This document shows, piece by piece, positions 44,001-53,040 of a DNA stretch of 64,000 nucleotides. Source of the stretch: a virus. Lineage: Duplodnaviria > Caudoviricetes. Each line of letters starts with the position of its first letter. Position 1 is the stretch's first letter. The notes beneath the pieces are model-generated. The model was given only the letters and a program-made list of their open reading frames with translations. It did not search any database and was not told where the DNA came from. The position numbers were made by a program, and so were the translations under genes. Location of the stretch: the IMG/VR virus record IMGVR_UViG_3300021326_000217, positions 8,688-72,687 of that record, one strand, 5' to 3'.

Positions 44001-45907
44001 GTGTAATGGCAGGTGGCTGTAAGATAGAAAACATCAAGATTTATCTTGCAAAAACCGCAGATGATACAAATTATCTAAATCCAGGCGGCGATTATATGGG
44101 ATACTTAAAATCCTATAAAGAAACAGCCGCCGCAAACTCTGAGGGTAATGGACATTACTGTGGTATATATGTTGATACGGGCGGAGTTTTCGGTGACGGC
44201 GAAGGCGTATACGGTTTCTATAACCTTACCGTGCGTGATGTTACCGTTCAGGGAGCTTTTCGTTATTCAACCAAATTCATCGAAAAATCGTATGGCGTGT
44301 ATTTCCCAAAGATTGGCTACTGCTATTTTACAACGATTGATAATTGCCATTTCAATTCCGTTATGTGCGGTCTTTACCTCGGCGGTGGTCAACCGAGCGA
44401 TGTGCATTGTAAATTCGATGTCGGTGAAGATATTTATGGGCTTGGCGCACTCGGTAACGCTAACACCTTTCAACATAAAAACTGTTATAACGTGATGGGA
44501 TGCAGGTATGGAGCGATTTCGTATTCATACGGCAACACACTCCGAATTGATGGACAGGCATCGGGCGAGGACAGCATGAATCCGTATGTTTACGATGCAG
44601 ATGAGCGTGAAATGCCGCTTGATGAGAATACTGCGTGGGTAGAAAACACACAGGCTTTTCGGTACAATCCCGAAACGGACGAGTTTGAAGCAATTGACGG
44701 CGAAACCGTTATGGGCTTCCCATCCGAGATTGGGCTATGGCGTAAGGTCACTGATGCAGGAGTTTTAATGCACGGGAAGTCAAACAAAATTGAGGAGATG
44801 ATTTTTGACCATCAAAGAACGACCTACGGTGCAATTTACCTGACTTCAAAATCGTCCTGCTGTTTATATACCTCGTATTCAGCATCAGGTGTGGCGTATG
44901 GCAGAACAGGCTTGACTTGGATACGTGATATGTATATTCCCATCGAAAAGGATGCAAATGGCAAATACATCAAATGGGCGTTATGGCGAAGCAGGGACAC
45001 AAGCGAAAATGCTACCGATTGCGGTCTAAACAACAGGGCAATCAATGCAAATATGCTTGAAAACGAGCATAAATTTGGTGCAGGTATGGTTTCGTCTCTT
45101 GACAAATACGGCTTGAGCCTTGCCTTTCCGAGAACAGTTGACAAAACGGACGATGTTGCGGCTTATGCCGATAAGGTCGGCTATGTCAAGTGCTTCTATG
45201 TGAATGAGAAGTTCGAGGAAGAAGAAATCACCGAGTTTTGGAGAGGTCATCCGCAGAAGAATAAAACTGTGACGGATATATCACCACTTTTCAGACCAGA
45301 ATGTAACATCCCTCTTTTCGGTATCAGCACGGGTATAACTTTCAAACAAATACCTACGCACGAGCATCCGATAATCATTGAGATAGATTTTGGCAGAAGT
45401 ATTATGGGTATTTCAAGCGGTATAATTCGCTTTAACCGCTTTATTGGTGCTGACATATGCTTTTCATATTTCATAAACGGTGATTGGACGCATTACTTTA
45501 ACCGATATGAGGAGAACATGAACGCAGAGCTATTTTGGAACACTTACAATTTCAACGGAACACAAAATGCTCGAAACCTTATAGACAAGGTGCGCATAAA
45601 GCTCGGTGATGCATATATGCCAATGCTCGAAAATGAGGTCAAATACAATGACGGCGAAACATCAAAAACATATCCTGCAGGAACGAGATACAATCCCGAT
45701 GGGTATGTGGGTATCAGTAAAATCTTTATTGCCGATGTAAACGGCGGCGGTCGTGCGTTTATGACGAAAAGCGGAGGTGATGTTTATGGGGACATAAATG
45801 CAGACGGAAAGGTAGAAAGCAAAAGCGGTATTGTTAAGCTCGGCAATACCTCGCTTACGGAAGAGCAGTTACAAAAACTATTAAATCTTATTGATGAGGA
45901 GGAATGA
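41036..45907 (+). CDS. Large receptor-binding protein / putative depolymerase (BppU-like N-terminus, coiled coil, pectate-lyase-like beta-helix)
   Basis: Coiled coil at about aa 140-270; DYGKIGKGDGVTDDTQAIQTAI...VVITAGVYRISSPL beta-helix start motif. Confidence 0.75.
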   Translation: MIFKFKVVGDTLTATDKQISIYTGNINTYECEFEFSRSWDEIPFKIAVFNNVLVVLENGKCTVPAELLHNQGRIDIGVFGTNADEAMKRLSTNLISINVVTGAYREGTAPIEPLPELWEQIIRLIHSKADGDSVDSRFAVLNGITDGLIQSVAELTEAQADTASRQAVTEGRITELQNSDTRHDTSITNLSSRISTQETKMNTANSNITSIKSRMTNVETQANQTAQEITEIDDRLADIESDAEDTDYTMQVLDTRITDAESDIDELKKAPKTGYSFNRQFSVDGSLVSVGNTKSEIVIDLQDIIAKGTDGYRVDLPSDEQVRITWQGLRDIVIPTSTATSYGSVSNKYGKIISSVSGTVISLPAGVDYTSDMDLSDYETVNIFPLMRDEYVDKDGYTYGFGNRLVTSSESAAIRTSYYRWLDADGNTHTYSDCDGITLVNLYYKDSGNYNDNSIWNQRTWNTGTGVNGNEYYILNGQTQHKLEQYTTSWGVFPHIKPSSNDEEPYFYVTVKKIDGSLIQLKTVSYTEFMLDTELNVATMDSSGRAYLKPHPDLLFSLNGSKFICINGQIAFKNIYALVKMEGSELHKSTQPIDNVIKTYANGKLYFIPHSEVSTYASSVKGSIYTHNYDILPKSAYGRLQIGETYNGHEGLIKYRVIPAPSTNIGTKFAPNGHITNTRTEPFPSVTGTKGTLRTTNGTIIGFPELFSYKTVYDECTETELIQRFSEEVLLTADMILSFERIGTQNGAIVQFKIPITSAEEIPAVNSAATAANILQAGFEVKSENDITAYTSFGYDKYAVAFTYSVNADYAVLTIAQNYGGGLAALKQGLKLAQYTFRYELAKPKRKYNIDKLYIHSGDIITFMPEGGYLPYKSLVLETPDNTEAALGMIEPVTTNINDLNYRVENIEVSKDYGKIGKGDGVTDDTQAIQTAINQTASINPTYAREVVITAGVYRISSPLKMNVEHMTLRGEGEVILWATEDNYEPIIRVMAGGCKIENIKIYLAKTADDTNYLNPGGDYMGYLKSYKETAAANSEGNGHYCGIYVDTGGVFGDGEGVYGFYNLTVRDVTVQGAFRYSTKFIEKSYGVYFPKIGYCYFTTIDNCHFNSVMCGLYLGGGQPSDVHCKFDVGEDIYGLGALGNANTFQHKNCYNVMGCRYGAISYSYGNTLRIDGQASGEDSMNPYVYDADEREMPLDENTAWVENTQAFRYNPETDEFEAIDGETVMGFPSEIGLWRKVTDAGVLMHGKSNKIEEMIFDHQRTTYGAIYLTSKSSCCLYTSYSASGVAYGRTGLTWIRDMYIPIEKDANGKYIKWALWRSRDTSENATDCGLNNRAINANMLENEHKFGAGMVSSLDKYGLSLAFPRTVDKTDDVAAYADKVGYVKCFYVNEKFEEEEITEFWRGHPQKNKTVTDISPLFRPECNIPLFGISTGITFKQIPTHEHPIIIEIDFGRSIMGISSGIIRFNRFIGADICFSYFINGDWTHYFNRYEENMNAELFWNTYNFNGTQNARNLIDKVRIKLGDAYMPMLENEVKYNDGETSKTYPAGTRYNPDGYVGISKIFIADVNGGGRAFMTKSGGDVYGDINADGKVESKSGIVKLGNTSLTEEQLQKLLNLIDEEE

Positions 45908-46323
45908 TTTTCATGAAGGAACTATGGAACACCACACAATTCATATTTGCCGCATTAGGCGGATGGCTCGGATGGTTTCTGGGAGGTTTGGACGGATTGT
46001 TATATGCACTGATTGCGTTTGTGGTGATTGACTACATAACGGGTGTTATGTGCGCAATCCTCGACAAAAGGCTATCAAGCCGAGTCGGATTTAAGGGCAT
46101 CTGTAAAAAGGTGCTTATTTTTGCGCTTGTCGGTATGGGACATACCCTTGATACGCACATCATCGGGACAGGCTCGGTTTTGAGGACAGCGGTTATTTTC
46201 TTCTATATTTCCAATGAAGGAGTATCCCTGTTGGAAAATGCAACATACCTCGGTCTGCCCGTGCCGCAGAAGCTGAAGGTTATATTAGCACAGCTACATA
46301 ACCGTAGCGAAAAGGAGGAATGA
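45904..46323 (+). CDS. Phage holin (phage_holin_4-like)
   Basis: IDYITG, SRVGFKGICKK, FYISNEGVSLLENA..LG.PVP; three hydrophobic segments. Confidence 0.9.
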   Translation: MIFMKELWNTTQFIFAALGGWLGWFLGGLDGLLYALIAFVVIDYITGVMCAILDKRLSSRVGFKGICKKVLIFALVGMGHTLDTHIIGTGSVLRTAVIFFYISNEGVSLLENATYLGLPVPQKLKVILAQLHNRSEKEE

Positions 46324-46326
46324 CAA

Positions 46327-47160
46327 ATGCAGATTATAGAAAGCATTATGACTAAAAACCCGTGCTATACGGCAGGACGGAGGATCACGGTAAAGGGGCT
46401 TATGCTCCATTCGGTCGGCTGTCCGCAACCAAATGCACAGGTTTTTATCAGCAATTGGAATCGCTCCGATTATAAAAGTGCCTGTGTTCACGGCTTTATT
46501 GACGGGAACACGGGCATTGTTTATCAGACCCTTCCGTGGAATCACCGAGGTTGGCACGGCGGCGGCTCTTCCAATAACACGCATATCGGCGTGGAAATGT
46601 GTGAGCCTTCCTGTATCAAGTACACGGGAGGCTCGTCCTTTACCTGCTCAGATAAGGCAAAGGCGCAGGAGAGCGTAAGGACTACATACAGAGCAGCAGT
46701 AGAATTGTTTGCAATGCTCTGTAAAAGGTTTAACCTTAATCCTTTGAAGGATATTGTTTCACACCGTGAAGGACACGCCCTCGGTATTGCCACCAATCAC
46801 GGCGATCCCGAACATCTGTGGAAGGGTGTCGGGCTTAATTACACTATGGACGGATTCAGATCCGATGTTAAAAATAAAATGGAAAATAAGGAGGACGAAT
46901 CTATGACTACAGAGGAAAGAAACAAATTTAATGCGCTTGTCGATGCGGTCGGTACTCTTACCGAGAAGGTCGATAAACTGGAGCATAAAATGATTTATGC
47001 TTGGGTAGACGACAATATGCCCGACTGGGCAAAGCCTACCATTACCAAGCTCATGGCAAAAGGCTATCTTAAAGGTGATGAGGAAGGTAAACTTAACCTT
47101 GACGATAATATGCTTCGTATGCTCGTAATAAACGACCGTGCTGGAATATACGGTGAATAA
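46327..47160 (+). CDS. Endolysin, N-acetylmuramoyl-L-alanine amidase with a C-terminal cell-wall-binding domain
   Basis: MLHSVG, CVHGF, RGWHGG, IGVEMCE, SHREG, HGDP; C-terminal PDWAKPTITKL. Confidence 0.92.
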   Translation: MQIIESIMTKNPCYTAGRRITVKGLMLHSVGCPQPNAQVFISNWNRSDYKSACVHGFIDGNTGIVYQTLPWNHRGWHGGGSSNNTHIGVEMCEPSCIKYTGGSSFTCSDKAKAQESVRTTYRAAVELFAMLCKRFNLNPLKDIVSHREGHALGIATNHGDPEHLWKGVGLNYTMDGFRSDVKNKMENKEDESMTTEERNKFNALVDAVGTLTEKVDKLEHKMIYAWVDDNMPDWAKPTITKLMAKGYLKGDEEGKLNLDDNMLRMLVINDRAGIYGE

Positions 47161-47170
47161 TCTGATTCAA

Positions 47171-47211
47171 AATGCCTATCGAATTTCTTGTTCGATAGGC
47201 ATTATTTTTTT
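47171..47211. terminator. Bidirectional intrinsic terminator after the lysis genes
   Basis: AATGCCTATCGAA-TTTCTTG-TTCGATAGGCATT followed by a T-run and preceded by As. Confidence 0.8.
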
Positions 47212-47367
47212 GAGGTATTGTATAAAAAATAGAACAAACCAAAATGTAATTTAATTTTTCAAAAATGTAATTTGTACCATTCACAAAGCCCCTGTTTATG
47301 CTACTTCTCGCACTTTCACATACTCCAAGATGTACGATTTTTTCAAAAAGGTTTTTCTGACCTTTTT

Positions 47368-48240
47368 TTATTCTTCCTCATCTTCTTCTGGATAATCGGT
47401 GAATGAATCGTCCGCACCATCAAAATCGTCATCAATTACTTTGAACTCCTTTGCATATAGCTTGTTCATAAACAGCCTTCCTGCGTTGGTTTTTTTCTTA
47501 CCGTTATATGCTATAATCATTGCTTCTGCAAAACCCAATGACCCAGGGCGTCTTTCTTTTGCATTTCGACATAACAATTTTGGAGAAATCACACCTAACC
47601 TTTCCTGAAATACCTCATCATCAAATATATCCTTGTAAACCACAACCAGTTTTGCAATTGCATTTAAAATATTGCCTGAAAAAGAATTAACATCACCTTC
47701 CCAAGTCCCGACACAAAGACGTATTACATGATTTAGAACGTGTATTCCGTATTTGTAGTATATGGATTCAATTGTTGCTATAGCACTTATAACGCCAGGA
47801 GCCTTTGTAGTGCCTATTGTAAGTCCATATGATTCAATAAGTTCTTTTATCATCTGCTGATCATGATTTCCTGCTTCTACGTTTGCCTCAAAGACCTCAA
47901 TTGGTTGCAGTTTTTTTGTGTATTTCATCTGATTGGCAAAAATATCTGCCTCGTGTTTATAAGATAAATCGTCATAAACCATACACCATACAGGCGTTTC
48001 TCTCGAACCTGAAACCAAAAATATTGTTTCTATCGTATGTTGTCCGTCAAAAACATAATTAATACCATCCCTGCGGCTGACTTTTACAGGATTGATTTGA
48101 TTTATATCAAAGTTTTCAGCGGTTTTTTCAACGTGGTGCATTGATAAATTACGCTGATAGTTTTGATTTGAAACAAGGTTTTTTATAGGTATTTTTTCAA
48201 AATGGACATTTGGTACAAACGCAGAAAAATCCTCCATCAT
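47368..48240 (-). CDS. ParB/Srx-fold protein (DUF6551-like, DGQH motif)
   Basis: NQNYQRNL...NPVKVSRRDG..YVFDGQHT. Confidence 0.8.
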   Translation of the reverse strand: MMEDFSAFVPNVHFEKIPIKNLVSNQNYQRNLSMHHVEKTAENFDINQINPVKVSRRDGINYVFDGQHTIETIFLVSGSRETPVWCMVYDDLSYKHEADIFANQMKYTKKLQPIEVFEANVEAGNHDQQMIKELIESYGLTIGTTKAPGVISAIATIESIYYKYGIHVLNHVIRLCVGTWEGDVNSFSGNILNAIAKLVVVYKDIFDDEVFQERLGVISPKLLCRNAKERRPGSLGFAEAMIIAYNGKKKTNAGRLFMNKLYAKEFKVIDDDFDGADDSFTDYPEEDEEE

Positions 48241-49193
48241 TTAGCCTCCTTTATTAATTGCAACATTTCATCAATCGTTTTCTTTAAATCCCACAAAGAA
48301 TTAATGAGCTTATTTTTTGCAGTAACTGATATGCCACTTAAATTGGCATTTGCTTCAGTGCGCTTAATCGAACTAATCCAAGAAGGCATGGTGAGCGTTA
48401 ATTCTGTAACTTCGGCATCGGGGTCAAAGTCAGGCATCTGTTTCACTTGCGGCGTTTCTTGTGAAGTAATAACTTTGTTTATTGCATCTCGTGACTTATT
48501 ATACTTAAAGTACGGGTTTTTACTTCGATTTAAACTCTTATTAACTTTTTGCAAATCACCAGACGGGAGTTTCGACATATCAACAATGTTGTTATGCGAA
48601 ATTTTGTATCTGCCAGATAGTATTTTAGGAACCAACTCAGGCTCCTTCGTTCCTATTTCCTCAAGAGCCCTTGTATATATGGCATACTTCATCACAGTAG
48701 CGGCTGACAGGTGGTTTTCATCCGCAATTCGCTGTGCTGTTTTGTGTGCTGATATCGAGTCAACTTCTTTTCGTTTTAAATCATCAGGTGATAAGTCATC
48801 TGTGTCATAATACTGATTTAGACCATTAGGATTTTTCCTGCTACTGATTATTTTTTCTGTTTCGTACTGCATACCTATCAAAAATTTCCTTGTTTCATTG
48901 GATATATTCCTTCTGCCAAGCTGATTCGCACAAATCCAAGCTATCGCATCTTCTTTGCTTTCAAAAAACATTTCATGGGTTTTAAACGGTATACTGTGCT
49001 TATGACAAATTTCGTATCTGTTATGACCGTCAACAATAAAGCCATTCCAAGTAATAATAGGGTCACGACAACCGTCATTTAATATGTTTTCTTCAAGCTG
49101 AAGGTACTCTTGTCTGTGAAGCGGTCGGATAAGATTTTTAAATTCTTTTTTGATTTTCAGTGTCTTCAGCGATTCAGTTTGCATCATCTTCAC
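48237..49193 (-). CDS. ParB-N-like domain protein with C-terminal HTH
   Basis: LEENIL.DGCRDPIITWNGFIVDGHNRYEIC...NQLGRRN; KTAQRIADENHLSAATV. Confidence 0.75.
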   Translation of the reverse strand: MKMMQTESLKTLKIKKEFKNLIRPLHRQEYLQLEENILNDGCRDPIITWNGFIVDGHNRYEICHKHSIPFKTHEMFFESKEDAIAWICANQLGRRNISNETRKFLIGMQYETEKIISSRKNPNGLNQYYDTDDLSPDDLKRKEVDSISAHKTAQRIADENHLSAATVMKYAIYTRALEEIGTKEPELVPKILSGRYKISHNNIVDMSKLPSGDLQKVNKSLNRSKNPYFKYNKSRDAINKVITSQETPQVKQMPDFDPDAEVTELTLTMPSWISSIKRTEANANLSGISVTAKNKLINSLWDLKKTIDEMLQLIKEAK

Positions 49194-49566
49194 CTTCCTG
49201 TAAATCTATTAATTCAAGCGTATCAAGGCTAAAAACAGCCATGTTCTGTTCTTCGACAAAAGAGCCTTTCAGTCGATACGAACACATATAATTAAGTCCT
49301 TCAACGAGTTGAGCCAGTATTTGCAAAAAGCCTTTACTGTATAATTCGATTGAATTATCAGACAGCATATCAAGCGAACTAATACGCTCTGCGTCTTCGT
49401 GAGGCTCAAAATCTGACAAGCCACGGATTGCAATTAGTTTTTCGCTTGGATTCACCAATACCTGTATGTATTTTGGCTCTCCCATAGTGTGCAACACCTT
49501 TTTATGAATCCGTAGCCTCATTTTTTTAAGGTCAATTGATATCGTCATTGGTAATTCTGTACTCAT
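49174..49566 (-). CDS. Uncharacterised ~130-aa single-domain protein, paralogous to domains in the two upstream genes
   Basis: YIQVLVNPSEKLIAIR aligns with AQILINSEKKILALR and IELLVNPITRKFAIR. Confidence 0.75.
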   Translation of the reverse strand: MSTELPMTISIDLKKMRLRIHKKVLHTMGEPKYIQVLVNPSEKLIAIRGLSDFEPHEDAERISSLDMLSDNSIELYSKGFLQILAQLVEGLNYMCSYRLKGSFVEEQNMAVFSLDTLELIDLQEGEDDAN

Positions 49567-50450
49567 ACGCTTACTGCCTCCTGTGAAATACTATTCTCTT
49601 CTGAAGTCTCATTATTAATCGCTGAACTATTATCAGCAGGAACAGGGCTATTATCAGCAGGAACAGAGCTATTATCAGCGAGAACAGGACTGTTTTCAAC
49701 AGGAGCAGGGCTATTATCAACGGGGGCAGGTAAATAATCATTAGATGGTTTATTATGATCTGTACCTTTTATTGAATATACTGCATAACCGTCCACAATA
49801 TTAATTTTCATTGAATCCTTGTGTTCAAGATAAGATACACCGAACTGATCTTTCCAATTAGTTGGGTATGCCGCTATCCGTGATATCGTCCGTTTCTCGC
49901 CCTCCGCTGATGTTCTTTTATAAACTTCGGTTGATGTTAGGTCAAAAGCTAAAAGGTATTCACCGTTTGAGTGTATGATATTACCAAGAATTTTATATTT
50001 GTCATCGCTATTCCAACCCATCATGTCAACAATCATGGCAAAAAACACTCTGCCTGTTACCTGTCGGGTTTTCCTTTTTCCATCAGGCGCAGTATTGCAC
50101 CATTTAAAAGAGTCTCTTGTGTTTTCATAGCAGGGACGAAGGGCAAGGATTTTCTTTTCACTGTTAATCAAAATTTGGGCATATTCTGTCTGCGGAAACT
50201 TTGAAAGACAAGCAGCATTAACATAGAATTTGTAGTTATTGAAGGTTACCGCAGGCTCCCTTAAATGAGCAAAAAACTCCCTGCGCACAACCTGAAAACC
50301 GCTAAAGTCAAAATCTGTTCGCATCTCCAATATTTCATCGTTTTCGGTTACCGTTGGCACAAAATTTGATTCAGTTGTGTTTGGTTGTCCTGTAGCGTTT
50401 TCAAAGATACCAGGCTGTTTCAATCTTTCACTTTCAAATTGATTCATCAT
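49563..50450 (-). CDS. Uncharacterised protein with the shared ~130-aa domain and a C-terminal 7-aa repeat tail
   Basis: ORF track; FDFSGFQVVRREFF...GWNSDDKYKILG. Confidence 0.78.
   Translation of the reverse strand: MMNQFESERLKQPGIFENATGQPNTTESNFVPTVTENDEILEMRTDFDFSGFQVVRREFFAHLREPAVTFNNYKFYVNAACLSKFPQTEYAQILINSEKKILALRPCYENTRDSFKWCNTAPDGKRKTRQVTGRVFFAMIVDMMGWNSDDKYKILGNIIHSNGEYLLAFDLTSTEVYKRTSAEGEKRTISRIAAYPTNWKDQFGVSYLEHKDSMKINIVDGYAVYSIKGTDHNKPSNDYLPAPVDNSPAPVENSPVLADNSSVPADNSPVPADNSSAINNETSEENSISQEAVSV
49621..49730. repeat. Five-copy 21-bp coding tandem repeat (P(V/A)DNSS/P-type heptapeptide)
   Basis: ACAG(G/A)GCTATTATCAGCAGGA-like units visible in the DNA and in the translation. Confidence 0.85.
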
Positions 50451-52398
50451 TACTTTCCTCCTTTAGGTTCAGTCCTTGTAATTCTTGTGAAATATACGCT
50501 TTCAGCGTATCAAAACCTGTCACATTTATTTTTTTACCCGTATCTATAAATTGACCTTCCATACGCAATTTCCAGTCTTTTTCACTTTGAGAATTTAACT
50601 CTTCATAGGTTTTTTCATGCAAATAATAATCCTTACCAAAATTGTTCACCCATTCTTCGGGAATAGCCTTTATACGTTTTCCGTATGGAGTAAGCGGTTT
50701 ATATGTTATAAACCCTCCCGTTACTTCTTCCGAGTAACTCGGAATGAGGTATGGCTTTAGAAAAGCCTCCGTATTTTCGGTGTCAAAAATATATGCTATG
50801 TCATTGCCTTTTTCATATAAAGTACCGATAATGCGGTAGTTATAATCTGTATTCCACCCGAACAAAGAGTACAAAGTTTCATAAAAAGCGGTAATTGGGA
50901 TGACTTTCGGCTCGTATTTTTTGTTGTTTTTCTTAGAACATATTACACTTTGCCGATTTGTTGTTTCTGCTGTTCTGATAGCAAACTTTCTCGTGATTGG
51001 ATTAACAAGCAATTCAATACAGTTTTTCTCTGCGAGCTTTTTAACACATAATGAACTTAATTTAATAGCTTTATCAGAGAAACTAATAAACGGTTTTCCG
51101 TAATTATCGAATAACTCTGTTCTTGCAACTTCAAAACCTCGTAAATCGAAATCACCTGTTGACATTTCAATATTGATTTCTTCTTCCTCTTTAAAAAGAG
51201 GATTTTCTTCTGGGCTGTATCCACCAGCGGATGCTTTCATATAGTCGTCTTCTTTGAATGCCGCCCAGCGTGGATATATAATTACGAAGCCCTGCAATAT
51301 TCCGCTTTTTATAACCTTTAATTCGGGCAAAAATGAGCGGTTTCTGTACTTGGCATTATCAAGCATTTTTTGAACGGCAATAAAATCTTCTCTTGAAACT
51401 ATTGCCTCATGGTGATTAAAATATCTGCTTTGAGGTCGCTCACCTCTATTTTTCTTCGATTTATGTTCTCTGTAATTTGGCGTGAAAGTTTTTCGTGTAA
51501 GGACTTCACCACAATGACGCTCATTCCTTAATATTTGAACTACACCACCAGAAGTCCATTTAATATTACCAAGGTATGACCGTCTCCCCAATGCATTTAG
51601 GGTTTCAGCTATTTGTTTTGCAGAATAACCGTATAAATACATATAAAATGCAAGTTTTACTGTCGGAGCTTCTGCAGGATTAATAATCAGTTGTCCCTCT
51701 TCATCATGTGTATAGCCGAGCAGTTTAGGAGTAAGCGGTATACCATTATCAAGTCTCATTCGGAGCGAAGTTTCCATGCTACGGCTTCTTATGTGCGATT
51801 CTTCTTCAGCGACAGTAGCTAAAAAGGTAAGTGCCATTTGAGATTCGTCCTTTAGAGAAAAAATGGATTCTGTCTCGAAAAACACTCCTACTGGTGGATT
51901 TAACTCTGCCAGTGTTCTTGTATAGCCCACAGTGACAAGCACATCTCTTGCAAAACGTGATACACTTTTTGTGATGACAACATCGATTTTTCCAGCAATA
52001 CAATCATCCATCATTTTTTGAAATTCGGGTCTGTTTTTTACTGTGCCGCTTATTCCTTCATCAGCATAGATCTTTACAAGCGTCCAGTTGGGACGTTCCT
52101 GTATGTACTGATTATAATACCTTTTTTGGAGTTCAAAGGACGTTGTTTGCATTTCATCTTCCGTAGAAACTCTTACGTATATAGCTACCCGTTGATGAAT
52201 GCTTGTGTCATGAAAATCAAATCTTTGTTTTTCGGGAAAGTACTCATAATTATCTTCATCAACTTTTGTATTCATCCTGCTACGGATTTTCTCTTTGTTA
52301 AGCTCCTTTAATCGCCGCTTTTCGTTATCGATCACTATTACCACGTCCTTCGCTGTCGATTGCCTTTGTATCCGTACTATTAAATCTGTTTCTTTCAT
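50434..52398 (-). CDS. Large serine recombinase with an extra C-terminal uncharacterised domain
   Basis: RVAIYVRVST (catalytic Ser), YADEGISG, TKSVSRFAR, AEEESHIRS, ILRNERHCG. Confidence 0.9.
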   Translation of the reverse strand: MKETDLIVRIQRQSTAKDVVIVIDNEKRRLKELNKEKIRSRMNTKVDEDNYEYFPEKQRFDFHDTSIHQRVAIYVRVSTEDEMQTTSFELQKRYYNQYIQERPNWTLVKIYADEGISGTVKNRPEFQKMMDDCIAGKIDVVITKSVSRFARDVLVTVGYTRTLAELNPPVGVFFETESIFSLKDESQMALTFLATVAEEESHIRSRSMETSLRMRLDNGIPLTPKLLGYTHDEEGQLIINPAEAPTVKLAFYMYLYGYSAKQIAETLNALGRRSYLGNIKWTSGGVVQILRNERHCGEVLTRKTFTPNYREHKSKKNRGERPQSRYFNHHEAIVSREDFIAVQKMLDNAKYRNRSFLPELKVIKSGILQGFVIIYPRWAAFKEDDYMKASAGGYSPEENPLFKEEEEINIEMSTGDFDLRGFEVARTELFDNYGKPFISFSDKAIKLSSLCVKKLAEKNCIELLVNPITRKFAIRTAETTNRQSVICSKKNNKKYEPKVIPITAFYETLYSLFGWNTDYNYRIIGTLYEKGNDIAYIFDTENTEAFLKPYLIPSYSEEVTGGFITYKPLTPYGKRIKAIPEEWVNNFGKDYYLHEKTYEELNSQSEKDWKLRMEGQFIDTGKKINVTGFDTLKAYISQELQGLNLKEESNDESI

Positions 52399-52945
52399 TC
52401 TCTGGCAAAAACTCTATATCTCGCAAATCGTTTCGATAATAGGATGCGAGGGTGAACAAATCTTCAGATATAAAGTAAATACCTATAGGGTGTTCTTGTG
52501 CGGCAAGAAGTCTTGAACAAAGGGTTATCTCGTGGATCTTCCTTGATACGTTGGATACTTTTTGTGTGATAATTAAATCCACTTTACCTTCCATAGCATC
52601 GTTAAGGAGCCTGCGCCAATTAGGTGCGTTTTCCATATTTGGTGCTGACTGCCCTTCATCTACATAAAAATCAACTAATGTCCAATTAGGGCAAAGAGCG
52701 ATTGTGTCTGCGAAATCTTTTTTATGATAAGCTAAATAGTTGTCATATTTGGTTTGGTTGAAATATCTTATGTAAATTCCTACCTTGTATGGAACTGCAG
52801 TGTTGGGACGTTCATGCCTTATACTTTGCAACCAAGCCTTATGTTCGGCTAATTTCATTGCTTTTTCTGATTCATCACCAAAGGTAAGCGAAAATTGCGG
52901 TGTTGCAATTTCGCTCAGTTTGTTATAGATTTCGAGTTCGTTCAT
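52325..52945 (-). CDS. Small resolvase-like protein lacking the catalytic serine
   Basis: KVGIYIRYF (instead of Y.RVS), FYVDEG, LLNDAMEGKVDLIITQKVSNVSR. Confidence 0.8.
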   Translation of the reverse strand: MNELEIYNKLSEIATPQFSLTFGDESEKAMKLAEHKAWLQSIRHERPNTAVPYKVGIYIRYFNQTKYDNYLAYHKKDFADTIALCPNWTLVDFYVDEGQSAPNMENAPNWRRLLNDAMEGKVDLIITQKVSNVSRKIHEITLCSRLLAAQEHPIGIYFISEDLFTLASYYRNDLRDIEFLPENERNRFNSTDTKAIDSEGRGNSDR

Positions 52946-53013
52946 TGAGTATTTCCTCCAACTTAAAATATCTTACCGTGTATTTTATAGTCAGTTGGAT
53001 AATATGTAAATAT

Positions 53014-53040
53014 CCTGACAGTCATATTCTGACTATCAGG
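53014..53040. promoter_or_regulatory. Inverted-repeat operator upstream of the reverse recombinase operon
   Basis: CCTGACAGTC-N7-GACTATCAGG, 9/10 palindromic. Confidence 0.55.

Noticed and set aside
37599-45907. Diversity-generating retroelement or tail-fibre shufflon
   Set aside because: No reverse transcriptase in the window, and no TR/VR adenine-mismatched repeat pair or repeated inversion sites noticed by eye; a computational self-alignment would be needed to exclude this fully
621-46986. Numerous 60-230 aa antisense or alternate-frame ORFs in the ORF track
   Set aside because: They overlap well-supported genes, lack SD sequences and recognisable motifs, and are expected shadow ORFs
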